Shown here in pieces: positions 17,153 to 25,975 of a DNA stretch of 64,000 nt. The position numbers were made by a program, and so were the translations under genes. The notes under the pieces are model-generated. The model ran no database searches, was not told where the DNA came from, and saw only the letters and a list, made by a program, of their open reading frames with translations. Source of the DNA: Patescibacteria group bacterium (GTDB lineage Bacteria > Patescibacteriota > Saccharimonadia > Saccharimonadales > 2-12-FULL-41-12); NCBI GenBank assembly GCA_038064875.1, contig JBBTSC010000001.1, positions 443,004-507,003 on the forward strand, read 5' to 3'. Within the stretch, counting starts at the first letter, position 1; the number at the start of each line of letters is the position of its first letter.

Positions 17153-17176
17153 GTTTCCGATCGGGTTTCCGATCGG
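17153..17176. repeat. perfect tandem 12-mer x2, each holding the palindrome CCGATCGG
   Basis: GTTTCCGATCGG repeated at 17153-17164 and 17165-17176, in the 5' leader of the GC-rich gene. A CCGGG-TGCGCAT-CCCGG hairpin follows at 17181-17197. Confidence 0.8.
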
Positions 17177-17574
17177 ATCTCCGGGTGCGCATCCCGGGTC
17201 ACAACCTATTGTGGTCGGAACAAAAAACAGACAAAAATTGCCTGCTCATTATTCCGACCAATAGATGTTCACTTGGTAACGTTATCTTTCATTAGTCGAT
17301 TGTGTGGGCTAAATTCTGCGAGTCAAAATACAGAGACTCAAGCAGTCTTAAAGACCCATGACTATCTAATTTGCTAGGTGAAGACATCGGTATTGATGTC
17401 TATCAAAGCATAAATTGTTAATATGCCATCTTCTCCCCGAGTGACTTCCACCTCACCAGAAGCGATTCCAATAACCAGTTTATCATAAACGTTATGTTTT
17501 GTCAAGATCATTACAGAGTATAGAAAAGCTTATGCTATCTATTAAAATGTCCAAAATGTTATAATTATTACTAA

Positions 17575-18888
17575 ATGAACATAGTTATTTTAGGATTTGG
17601 AGCGCAAGGCAAAAGTTCTCTTAAGTATTGGCAAAAACTTGGCGCATCAGTAACAGTGGCAGATATCAATCCCAAGCTGGAGTTAACATATGGTGTAACT
17701 GGCAAACTTGGGCCTGACTATCTGTCAAATCTAGATCAGTATGACCGTATAGTTCGTGCTCCAATAATCCACCCACACCAGATCGTGGAGGCAAACCCAG
17801 ATAGCCCTAATATCCTCGAGAAAGTCACTAGTAACACTAACGAATTCTTCCATACTAGCAAAACTAAAAACATTATCGGTGTAACTGGCACTAAAGGCAA
17901 AGGCACCACAAGCACACTGATCACCAAGATGTTAGAAGCTAGTGGCAAAAAAGCACATCTGATAGGCAATATTGGGACCCCACCTCTGGACGTATCTGAA
18001 CAGATACAGCCAGATGACTGGGTAGTTATGGAACTAGCTAATTTTCAGCTGATTGACCTCAAATATTCACCTCATATCGCCGTTTGTGTCATGGTAGAGC
18101 CTGAACACTTGGATTGGCACGAAGATACCGAAGAGTATATATCCGCAAAACAGCAACTTTTCATTAATCAAAAAGAGACAGATATCGCCATCTACTACCA
18201 TGATAATGAGCTATCTGAAGAAGTAGCCAGCGCTAGTATTGGACGGCTAGTATCCTACTACAGCCCTGATGGAGCATATGTCAAAGATGACAAAGAAGTG
18301 TGGATAGAAAATCAGAAAATCTGTGGTGTTGAGGAGATCAAACTTGTTGGTAAGCACAACTGGCAGAATATATGCGCCGCGATAACCGCCATCTGGCAAA
18401 TTGATCAAAATATTAAAGCTATTCGCCAAGTTGTTACCACTATAACAAGTCTGCATTATAGACTTGAATTTGTCAGAGAAGTTGGTGGTGTTAAATTCAT
18501 TAATGATTCATTCTCTTCTGCTCCCGGTGCATGCAATGCAGCAATTAATGCTATCTCTGGGCCAAAAATCATAATCATCGGAGGAAAAGATAGAATGCTT
18601 GATCTTAAAGAACTCTGTCAAGAAGTTATTAAGAATAGCTCTTCAATTAGTAAGATTCTACTTATTGGTGAATCAAAAGATCGGATTGCAAAAGAATTTA
18701 AGTCTGTTGGGTTTGATAATTTCATGATCATTAAAGAAACCACTATGACAGAAATAGTACACCAAGCTAAAAATCTGGCAAAGCCAGGTGACTGTGTTGT
18801 ACTAAGCCCTGGGTTCCCAAGTTTTGATATGTTTAAAAACTTCGAAGACAGGGGTGATAAATTTGTTTCAGAGGTGAACGCACTATGA
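17575..18888 (+). CDS. murD: Mur ligase, MurD-like (UDP-MurNAc-L-Ala--glutamate ligase)
   Basis: Rossmann-like N-terminus IVILGFGAQGKS, P-loop GVTGTKGKGTT and the Mur-ligase central and C-terminal pattern. Confidence 0.8.
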   Translation: MNIVILGFGAQGKSSLKYWQKLGASVTVADINPKLELTYGVTGKLGPDYLSNLDQYDRIVRAPIIHPHQIVEANPDSPNILEKVTSNTNEFFHTSKTKNIIGVTGTKGKGTTSTLITKMLEASGKKAHLIGNIGTPPLDVSEQIQPDDWVVMELANFQLIDLKYSPHIAVCVMVEPEHLDWHEDTEEYISAKQQLFINQKETDIAIYYHDNELSEEVASASIGRLVSYYSPDGAYVKDDKEVWIENQKICGVEEIKLVGKHNWQNICAAITAIWQIDQNIKAIRQVVTTITSLHYRLEFVREVGGVKFINDSFSSAPGACNAAINAISGPKIIIIGGKDRMLDLKELCQEVIKNSSSISKILLIGESKDRIAKEFKSVGFDNFMIIKETTMTEIVHQAKNLAKPGDCVVLSPGFPSFDMFKNFEDRGDKFVSEVNAL

Positions 18889-20156
18889 GCAAATACCGAA
18901 CTTTTTGTTTTGACAACTATGTTTTTGATAAAGCCAACAAAACCCTAGTGCTTAGATATAATTTCGACTCTCAGGAATCACTAGAAGAAAGATACGTATT
19001 TAATTGTGATTTTGTAGATTATAACCAGGACGCCCTGGATCGTGCTTTGCAATTACTTTTTTTGATGGCAGGAATTTCATATTATAAAGCTTATCTGCCA
19101 CCAAAAATAATTACCAAGAACTTAACTATTGATCCTACTGTAGCTAATTTTTTGTCTAAAACATACCAAAAAGGTTTGGGAGAATTTTTTTATGAAAATT
19201 CTTTAGCTTTTAATAATTCTATCGAATTCCCGATTACTGCCACCGAAATATCTCCTCTAGAAATTGATTCAGATGGAACATTAGTTGCGGTCGGGGGAGG
19301 CAAAGATTCTATCGTATCTGTAGAAAAAATGAAAGGCAATCTTGATGTCACCACTTGGTCTCTTGGCCACAGGCAACAACTTGAGCCCTTGATCAAACAG
19401 CTAGATACAGAGCATATATGGGTTGAGCGACAACTCGACCCAAAGCTTTTTAAACTAAATTCTCAAGGAGCTTATAACGGACATGTTCCTATTTCTGCTA
19501 TTTTTGGTTGTGTTGGCGCTATCTTATGTATTCTAACCGGTAAAAAAGATATTGTTATGTCTAATGAGTATTCAGCTAATGAAGAAACGATGGTGTATCA
19601 GGGATATAAGATAAATCACCAGTATTCTAAGACTTCTGAATTTGAAGAAGATTTTCAGAGAATACTCACACACCTATTTGGTAATGGTATTCGGTATTAC
19701 TCCTTGCTCAGACCCTTTTCAGAGCTACAGATCAGCGAAATGTTTGCCCAATATTTTGATAAATACCGTGATGTATTCAGCTCTTGCAATCGTGCTTTTG
19801 TCCAACGAAGCGATGCTTTAGGTTGGTGTGGCGAATGTCCAAAATGTGTTTTTACTTTTCTAGCCTTGGCAACATATTTGGATATTGACCAAGTTACTGC
19901 ACTTTTTGGTGGAAAGAACTTACTACTAAATAAGGATTTGCGTAAATCTTTTCAAAAGCTCATCAGTTCCGACCAACGAAAGCACTTTGATTGTGTTGGC
20001 ACGATAGAAGAAAGTCGATACGCTATGAAGCAACTACTCGATCAATTCCCTGAGTCAAAAGCACTTTTCGGTGAACTTCACACCAATTATGATCACGCTA
20101 CTACGCAACCTCATTTGATACCGCAAGATATTGTGTCGAAATTAGATCTTTTGTGA
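18885..20156 (+). CDS. PP-loop (adenine nucleotide alpha-hydrolase-like) protein with a C-terminal CxxCxxC; possible MurL-type partner of MurD
   Basis: ATGA overlap with murD. Has VAVGGGKDS (PP-loop-like) around aa 135 and WCGECPKC near aa 315. Confidence 0.65.
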   Translation: MSKYRTFCFDNYVFDKANKTLVLRYNFDSQESLEERYVFNCDFVDYNQDALDRALQLLFLMAGISYYKAYLPPKIITKNLTIDPTVANFLSKTYQKGLGEFFYENSLAFNNSIEFPITATEISPLEIDSDGTLVAVGGGKDSIVSVEKMKGNLDVTTWSLGHRQQLEPLIKQLDTEHIWVERQLDPKLFKLNSQGAYNGHVPISAIFGCVGAILCILTGKKDIVMSNEYSANEETMVYQGYKINHQYSKTSEFEEDFQRILTHLFGNGIRYYSLLRPFSELQISEMFAQYFDKYRDVFSSCNRAFVQRSDALGWCGECPKCVFTFLALATYLDIDQVTALFGGKNLLLNKDLRKSFQKLISSDQRKHFDCVGTIEESRYAMKQLLDQFPESKALFGELHTNYDHATTQPHLIPQDIVSKLDLL

Positions 20157-20945
20157 AATTGCTTTAAGAACATTTTCGTAGAGCGCTGTAACCGTTAGTG
20201 GGCCAACGCCACCTTTGAGTGGAGTTATCGTAATATCCGACATTTCTCGAACTTCATCTGATACGTCACCCACGAGACCATTTTTGTCTGTGGCTACTCC
20301 AGCATCGACTATTACCGCATCTGGCTTAACCATATCACCAGTTATAAGCGCCGGCACTCCAGTACAAGTGACTATAACATCGGCTTTCAAAGTCTCAGCT
20401 TTCAAATCAGTGGTTTTTTTATCGGCACCGTGGACATCCAGACTTGAATCTTTCATCATTTTAAGTAGTGGCGCACCGACAAGACCACCAAGACCGACAA
20501 TTAAAATTCTCTTATCCCTCAAATCTATATTGTAGCCAGCCAGTAGCCAGATAATAGCAAGTGGTGTCGGACAGTCAAATTTACTCCCTTGTGCTAACCC
20601 ATCAACATCCTTTTCAAGCGCCACAGTATTGAGCACTTCCTTTTCCAGAGATCTGTCAGGCAGTGGTATCTGAACAATTATTCCGTGAATCAGGTAGTCT
20701 TTGTTCAGCTTTTTTATCAGATCTACTGCTTTTGATTGGTCTATTTCGTAAACCTCAGCCTCGGCACCTATGTCACGCGCGTAGCCAGTTTTTATTTTCA
20801 TGTAACTACTCACCACTGGGTCAGGGTTGGTTCTGATTATCGCTAGCTTTGGCACGACGCCATGTTCTTGAATAAGTTCGCGGACTACTTTTTCTTGTCG
20901 TTGCTTGATATACGAAGCAACTTCGAGGCCATTTAGTATTTTCAC
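20142..20945 (-). CDS. folD: bifunctional methylenetetrahydrofolate dehydrogenase/cyclohydrolase
   Basis: Typical FolD layout (YxxxK region SYMKIKTGYA, GxGxxVG LGGLVGAP, PGGVGP-like KGGVGPLT). Confidence 0.9.
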   Translation of the reverse strand: MKILNGLEVASYIKQRQEKVVRELIQEHGVVPKLAIIRTNPDPVVSSYMKIKTGYARDIGAEAEVYEIDQSKAVDLIKKLNKDYLIHGIIVQIPLPDRSLEKEVLNTVALEKDVDGLAQGSKFDCPTPLAIIWLLAGYNIDLRDKRILIVGLGGLVGAPLLKMMKDSSLDVHGADKKTTDLKAETLKADVIVTCTGVPALITGDMVKPDAVIVDAGVATDKNGLVGDVSDEVREMSDITITPLKGGVGPLTVTALYENVLKAISQKI

Positions 20946-20981
20946 TGTTTTATTATACAGACTGTTGGCTAGATCATCAAT

Positions 20982-21404
20982 CTAGAGAGGTGCTTTTTTA
21001 ATTTTCTTAACGATAGTCTTGGCTACCTGTTTACGTTCATGCTCATCGTCACCCACTCCGTGCTCCTCAAGTGCCGCCACAATAGCACGGTCTAGCTCTA
21101 GATCTTGCCTGATCTCTTCTTTCATCAGCCTATCTTCGCGCACCAATATTTCAAGTTGCCTACTCGTCTCTTGGACTAATTGAGATGCACGCTTGGTTAT
21201 CTTTGCTTGGCGCGCAATGGATATGCTCTGAGTTGTTGTCATGATAAGTGCCGCTACAGTAAGAACAAAGGCAACTAATCCAAAGGCTATGACACTAGGT
21301 TTTTGATCAAAGTTGCTCGCAAAAAAAGCAATCAGCCCTATCACCCCTGTCACCAAAAAGATCTTTACTAGCAGAATAAATCTTTCTTCGTACTTCAAAT
21401 TCAT
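20982..21404 (-). CDS. hypothetical membrane protein with a coiled-coil tail
   Basis: Track ORF with two N-terminal TM helices. Confidence 0.5.
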   Translation of the reverse strand: MNLKYEERFILLVKIFLVTGVIGLIAFFASNFDQKPSVIAFGLVAFVLTVAALIMTTTQSISIARQAKITKRASQLVQETSRQLEILVREDRLMKEEIRQDLELDRAIVAALEEHGVGDDEHERKQVAKTIVKKIKKAPL

Positions 21405-21422
21405 AAGTTGATTATAGCATTA

Positions 21423-22880
21423 TTATTGATCAAGTGGCTTGCCGGTGTTCGACAAATCTTTGACCAAGAAAAGAGCAAAAATTGATGCAGCCACGGCAAA
21501 TCCCGCGCCGACATAAAAGGCACTGTGAAATCCTTGAACCAATGCATCCGCTTGGACCAAGGGAGTAATCTGTCCTTGTGCTTTTTCTAAAACGTCTGCG
21601 GTCTTCGATGCAGAAACGCCACTGAGTATGGCCAAGCCCAAGGCTCCACCAATCTGCTGAGAAGTGTTTAGCACTCCTGATGCAAGACCCGATTCGTCCT
21701 TTGGTACCCCAGAAGTAGCTGCTATCGTAAGTGAGACAAACGACATTCCAAGCCCTACTGCCATCACAGCAAGTCCTGGGAACACATCGCCCAAATAAGT
21801 TCCGCCAACAGGAGTCCCTTTAGCAAGGATAAAAAGGCCGAGCGCCATCACAAGTGGTGCTATAACTAAAATCTTTTTATAGCCTGTTCTAGCGATGAGG
21901 CTAGAAACAATTCCGGAGACAATACCAATTATTATCGTCACTGGCAAGAAGCTCAGTCCTGATTTTACCGGAGAATACTGTAAAATCGTTTGGATGTAGA
22001 GTGATAGGAAAAAGAACATTGAGAACAAGCTAGCGGTGATCGGAAACTGTGTTAAGTTGGCTCCAAGCACATTTCTTATCTTAAATAACTGTAGAGGCAT
22101 CAGTGGATGCTTGACTTTAATCTCGTTGACGATAAAGCCTATCAGCAGAATCGCTGAAAGTCCTAAAGTTATAATGCTGTTATCCGAAGTCCACCCTTTA
22201 CTCGGCGCTTCTGTTAGACCATAAACTAGAAGCATAAGTCCTGATGTAACCAGCGTTGCGCCTCTAAGATCAAGATGTCTGTGCCCCAAATCTGTTGTGC
22301 TCTCAGGAATATGTTTGAGACCAAGATAAACCACACCAAGGGCAACTGGTACGTTGATGAAGAAATTCCACCGCCAGCTAGCATATTCAGTTATGATTCC
22401 GCCGAGCAGTACACCAGCAGCCGCACCTCCGGCTGCAACGGCAGCCCATACACCAAGCGCTTTGTTACGTTCTTTTCCTTCTTTGAACATAGTGATCACA
22501 ATAGATAGGGCTGCTGGGGACATGAAGGCAGCTGTAAGTCCTTGTAGGGCCCTTGCCAGGATCATAGTTGTTTCAGAATTTGAAAATCCAGTGATCAGCG
22601 AAGCTATGCCGAATAGTGCAGTTCCGATAAGAAAAGTTCTTTTGCGACCATACAGATCGGCCACACGCCCACCAAGTAGCAGAAATCCACCTACTGCTAA
22701 CGTATAGGCAGTAACAATCCACTGTAGATTTTCCGGACTGAATCTAAGAGCGCTTTGTATGTGTGGCAATGCTATGTTCACGACAGAAACATCCAAAACA
22801 ACCATAAACTGGGCGATTGCCAGAAGCGTCAGAACAAACCACTTATTTTTATCTTCCTTAATTTTGTCTTTTTTAGCCAT
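21423..22880 (-). CDS. MFS transporter, DHA2/EmrB-like (14-TM type)
   Basis: Motifs LDVSVVNIALP and GGRVADLYGRKR. Start trimmed to ATG 22880 (MAKKDKIKEDK...). Confidence 0.85.
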   Translation of the reverse strand: MAKKDKIKEDKNKWFVLTLLAIAQFMVVLDVSVVNIALPHIQSALRFSPENLQWIVTAYTLAVGGFLLLGGRVADLYGRKRTFLIGTALFGIASLITGFSNSETTMILARALQGLTAAFMSPAALSIVITMFKEGKERNKALGVWAAVAAGGAAAGVLLGGIITEYASWRWNFFINVPVALGVVYLGLKHIPESTTDLGHRHLDLRGATLVTSGLMLLVYGLTEAPSKGWTSDNSIITLGLSAILLIGFIVNEIKVKHPLMPLQLFKIRNVLGANLTQFPITASLFSMFFFLSLYIQTILQYSPVKSGLSFLPVTIIIGIVSGIVSSLIARTGYKKILVIAPLVMALGLFILAKGTPVGGTYLGDVFPGLAVMAVGLGMSFVSLTIAATSGVPKDESGLASGVLNTSQQIGGALGLAILSGVSASKTADVLEKAQGQITPLVQADALVQGFHSAFYVGAGFAVAASIFALFLVKDLSNTGKPLDQ

Positions 22881-22948
22881 GATAATCACTACCTTCCTGA
22901 TGCATTTTATTATCTTTAGAGACATGGTATCACAAAATACTTTAATAT

Positions 22949-22979
22949 ATCAAGTATTGATTTCATCAAGTATTTTGAT
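22949..22979. promoter_or_regulatory. two palindromic boxes (candidate MarR operator) in the MFS/marR divergent region
   Basis: ATCAAGTATTGAT (22949-22961) and ATCAAGTATTTTGAT (22965-22979), directly upstream of TATAAT 22981-22986. Confidence 0.4.
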
Positions 22980-22995
22980 GTATAATATACATACT

Positions 22996-23415
22996 ATGTT
23001 ACCGGAATCTTCTAACTTATATTTGAAACTCATGGAGAGTTTGTTTAAAGGTAAGCAAGCTCTTATCCCTACATTTGAAAAGTACGGACTTACTTCCCTT
23101 CAGGCTTTTTTATTACTCCTTCTCTCATCAGACAAAGGCACTTCTATGAGCTCACTTGCACAGTACTTGCACTGTGACGCTTCGAACATCACGATACTTA
23201 CAGAAAAACTTGCAAGCGCAAAACTAATAAAACGAGTTGAAGACCCTGATGACAGACGATACAAACTGATATTCCTTTCTAAAAAAGGCGATCTTTTGAA
23301 AAAAAGAATTCTCTCAGAAATAAAAAAGATTCAGGAAGCTTCGCTCAAAAGTAACAAGATCTCACCTAAACAGCTCGACGGCGCTATAGACACTATAAAT
23401 AAATTTTTTGCCTAA
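22996..23415 (+). CDS. MarR-family transcriptional regulator
   Basis: Winged-HTH pattern (SSLAQYLHCDASNITILTEKLASAKLIKRVEDPDDRRYKLIFLSKKG). Start trimmed to ATG 22996, 9 nt after the TATAAT. Confidence 0.8.
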   Translation: MLPESSNLYLKLMESLFKGKQALIPTFEKYGLTSLQAFLLLLLSSDKGTSMSSLAQYLHCDASNITILTEKLASAKLIKRVEDPDDRRYKLIFLSKKGDLLKKRILSEIKKIQEASLKSNKISPKQLDGAIDTINKFFA

Positions 23416-23419
23416 GACT

Positions 23420-24151
23420 TCAGGCGTTTGCAGATTCAATAAAAGCTTTAAAAAGTTTTGCCCACTCTACAACGGTGGTTGATTCGACAGATTCGGGATG
23501 AGATTGAACGCCTATCCAAAAAGTCTTGCTTGGATCCTCAACTGCTTCGACCATGCCATCGTCAGCTTTGGCTACAACTCTAAGCCCTGTACCCAGCGAA
23601 TCGATTGCCTGGTGATGATAGCTGTTAGCTTGTATCTGTTCTTGCCCCAGGATAGTGGCAAGTTTTGAATCTGGTTCAATGAGTATTGGGTGTGAAACGC
23701 TATCAAGACCTTTATTCTTCAGGTCTCCCATGTGATCAATATCACCATCTGGCAGGTCTTGGATAAGTGTACCTCCACGATGCACATTCATCAGTTGCAT
23801 ACCCCTACAAATGCCAAGTGTAGGCTTATCGTCTGCTTCGGCCCATTTCATGATCTGAATTTCGCTATTATCACGCACTTCTGAAGCGTGACCATCGTCA
23901 TATTCTGAAGAACCTCCATAGAGATTTGGAGTTAGGTCATATCCACCAGAGAAGAGAATACCATCACATTTGTCATAGACAGCTTTTAGGGTCTGCGTAT
24001 CCTCTAAGTTAGGTATAAAAACGGGCGCACCACCGGAATTAACAACTGCATCAATATATGTGTAGAATTGGCCCTGCATCGTCGGAGATCCAGGCCTCTC
24101 TAGATCATTTACGTAAGAAATCGTGATACCAATAATTGGCTTTTTCTTCAT
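23420..24151 (-). CDS. class I glutamine amidotransferase-like hydrolase, peptidase C26 / PuuD family
   Basis: Nucleophile elbow GICRGMQ and C-terminal HH...HPE. Confidence 0.8.
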   Translation of the reverse strand: MKKKPIIGITISYVNDLERPGSPTMQGQFYTYIDAVVNSGGAPVFIPNLEDTQTLKAVYDKCDGILFSGGYDLTPNLYGGSSEYDDGHASEVRDNSEIQIMKWAEADDKPTLGICRGMQLMNVHRGGTLIQDLPDGDIDHMGDLKNKGLDSVSHPILIEPDSKLATILGQEQIQANSYHHQAIDSLGTGLRVVAKADDGMVEAVEDPSKTFWIGVQSHPESVESTTVVEWAKLFKAFIESANA

Positions 24152-24170
24152 ATTCGCATACTATGATAGC

Positions 24171-24470
24171 ATGTCTGATCATCGTAGACGCAATGATTCA
24201 CTCTTTGACTCTTGGAGCGTTGTCCATGTGTTTTCTGGTGTTTTGTTTGGCTGGATAATGGATCCTTTTGTAGCACTGGTGATCTTAACGCTATGGGAGC
24301 CATTAGAAATACTTGTAATCTCGCCCATTCTAGCAAAGTACGGGATAGTTTTTGGTCACGAGGCGCTCAGAAATTCCTTATCTGACATTGTTTTCAATAT
24401 CATTGGTTTGATTATCGGTATTTATTTGCTGAGAGAATTCGCTCCCCCGCCATTTTATCTATTTGGCTAG
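24171..24470 (+). CDS. small membrane protein
   Basis: Track ORF 24123..24470; ATG 24171 preferred. Three hydrophobic helices. Confidence 0.45.
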   Translation: MSDHRRRNDSLFDSWSVVHVFSGVLFGWIMDPFVALVILTLWEPLEILVISPILAKYGIVFGHEALRNSLSDIVFNIIGLIIGIYLLREFAPPPFYLFG

Positions 24471-24988
24471 ATAGGAGAACCACTAGTCGCAAGAGAGTGA
24501 TTACTAAAATCTGGGTTTCCGGTCACTTCTTCTCCGAACCAATTCGGTGGTTCAAAAGCTTGCGCTTGATCTTCGTCAGCAAATTCAACTTCTGCTACTT
24601 TGAGGCCTTCGAGAGCTCCGCCATAAACATCATATTCTATGACACTACCTTCGTAAGGTAGCTCATATCTAGTTTTTTCAACAATGCCTTCTACTTTCTC
24701 CCAAAGTGCATCAAAAACCTTTCGGGTGATGACTTTTTCCGTCTCTTCTCTGACTATTCCCGCGCCTTGTTTTCTGGTTCTTGTATAGACATCGTCGCCA
24801 CGATAAGTTTTTGTGTGGCGAACTCTCTCTTCGTTACCAACAGCTCTGACGGGTAAATATCCTTGACGGATTTTGGCTCTCGCAAAATGATCTAAAAAAC
24901 CTTCGGGAAGTTCGTCTGTAATTAGAAATTTTCTCTCGATTTCCTTTTTTCTTGTTTCGCCTGTTGTTGGTGTTTCTAGATTTGTCAT
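24467..24988 (-). CDS. CYTH-domain protein (CyaB / thiamine triphosphatase family)
   Basis: N-terminal EIERKFLI signature. Confidence 0.8.
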   Translation of the reverse strand: MTNLETPTTGETRKKEIERKFLITDELPEGFLDHFARAKIRQGYLPVRAVGNEERVRHTKTYRGDDVYTRTRKQGAGIVREETEKVITRKVFDALWEKVEGIVEKTRYELPYEGSVIEYDVYGGALEGLKVAEVEFADEDQAQAFEPPNWFGEEVTGNPDFSNHSLATSGSPI

Positions 24989-25032
24989 AGGATGTATTCT
25001 ATATTATTGAGTCGTATATGCAAGCTTGAGCT

Positions 25033-25302
25033 TTACAGAAGAGTTGCGTTCTCGCTAACGTTGGGATCAATTACAACTACGTTTTCTACACCTAGCTGAC
25101 TTAGAGAATCAACTACTTCTTCACGTGAATATGGATCAGTCCCACCATCTATAGTTGCCCTCAAAGCCAAGCCAGTATCGGAAGAGATGGCACGAACAGT
25201 CATATTGAGTCCTGGGAAAAATTCACCCATATATTCTCTAGTCTCATCTATCACGCCCTGTGCGCACTCTGTTTCGATAGTTGTAATTCTACGTCCTGCC
25301 AT
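25033..25302 (-). CDS. hypothetical protein (89 aa)
   Basis: Track ORF trimmed to ATG 25302. No family recognised. Confidence 0.45.
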   Translation of the reverse strand: MAGRRITTIETECAQGVIDETREYMGEFFPGLNMTVRAISSDTGLALRATIDGGTDPYSREEVVDSLSQLGVENVVVIDPNVSENATLL

Positions 25303-25357
25303 AATGTAAGAAATTTTACACCTATAGATGTGGACTTGCAAGCATAAGCCTAATATA

Positions 25358-25933
25358 TTAAATTATTTCTGCTGATTTGAGCTGTGTCTCTAGCCCAGGG
25401 CAATCCACATATTCAATACTCCTCAGACCATATTTCTCTGCTGCCTGCGTGTTGATAGCACTATCGTCAATAAAGATAGATTCCTGTATATTACAGCCGA
25501 GTTTTGAGATAGTGTGCTCAAAAATATTTCTGTCCGGCTTGATTATGCCAATATCTGATGAGACAACAATCACATCAAACAAATCACTTATTTTATGTTC
25601 GTCTAATATTTCTAAGACTGTCTCGCTTTGTGCGTTAGACAATAGAGCTATTTTATATTGTTTTTTAAGTTTTCTGGTGAGACTAACGAGATTTTGATCT
25701 ATTATCATCGCCTCTTGCATACCCTTTATAACATCATCTGCATCAACACCTGCTAAATTAGCCAGTTTTTCATGGAACTGGTCTATGGTTATTTTTCCTG
25801 CATCGTTCTGCTGACATATTTCAAGATACTCTGGTAGCTTTTTCTCATAATCCGGAGATGTAGTCTTCAGCCATTCAAGAGATAAGTTAGTACAAAAAAC
25901 ACCGAAAAAATCAAAAATAATAGCCTTGTACAT
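25358..25933 (-). CDS. HAD-superfamily hydrolase
   Basis: Motif I IIFDFFGV and motif IV FIDDS. Confidence 0.8.
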   Translation of the reverse strand: MYKAIIFDFFGVFCTNLSLEWLKTTSPDYEKKLPEYLEICQQNDAGKITIDQFHEKLANLAGVDADDVIKGMQEAMIIDQNLVSLTRKLKKQYKIALLSNAQSETVLEILDEHKISDLFDVIVVSSDIGIIKPDRNIFEHTISKLGCNIQESIFIDDSAINTQAAEKYGLRSIEYVDCPGLETQLKSAEII

Positions 25934-25975
25934 AAGGATATTGTATCAAATATAGGTATTAGTCGGGGGTGATGA

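Noticed and set aside
15804-17295. Many long ORFs on the plus strand and in other frames (for example 16142..16918 at 258 aa, 15804..16103, 16200..16502, 15940..16266, 16983..17264).
   Set aside because: They all lie antisense to, or overlapping, the 390-aa GC-rich gene. Stop codons are rare in GC-rich DNA. They have no start context, and their composition is Arg/Gly/Val-rich noise.
17375-17512. A 45-codon minus-strand ORF (MILTKHNVYDKLVIGIASGEVEVTRGEDGILTIYALIDINTDVFT) between the GC-rich island and murD.
   Set aside because: It has no SD and no recognisable family. It could be a gene remnant at the insertion site, but the evidence is insufficient to call it a CDS.
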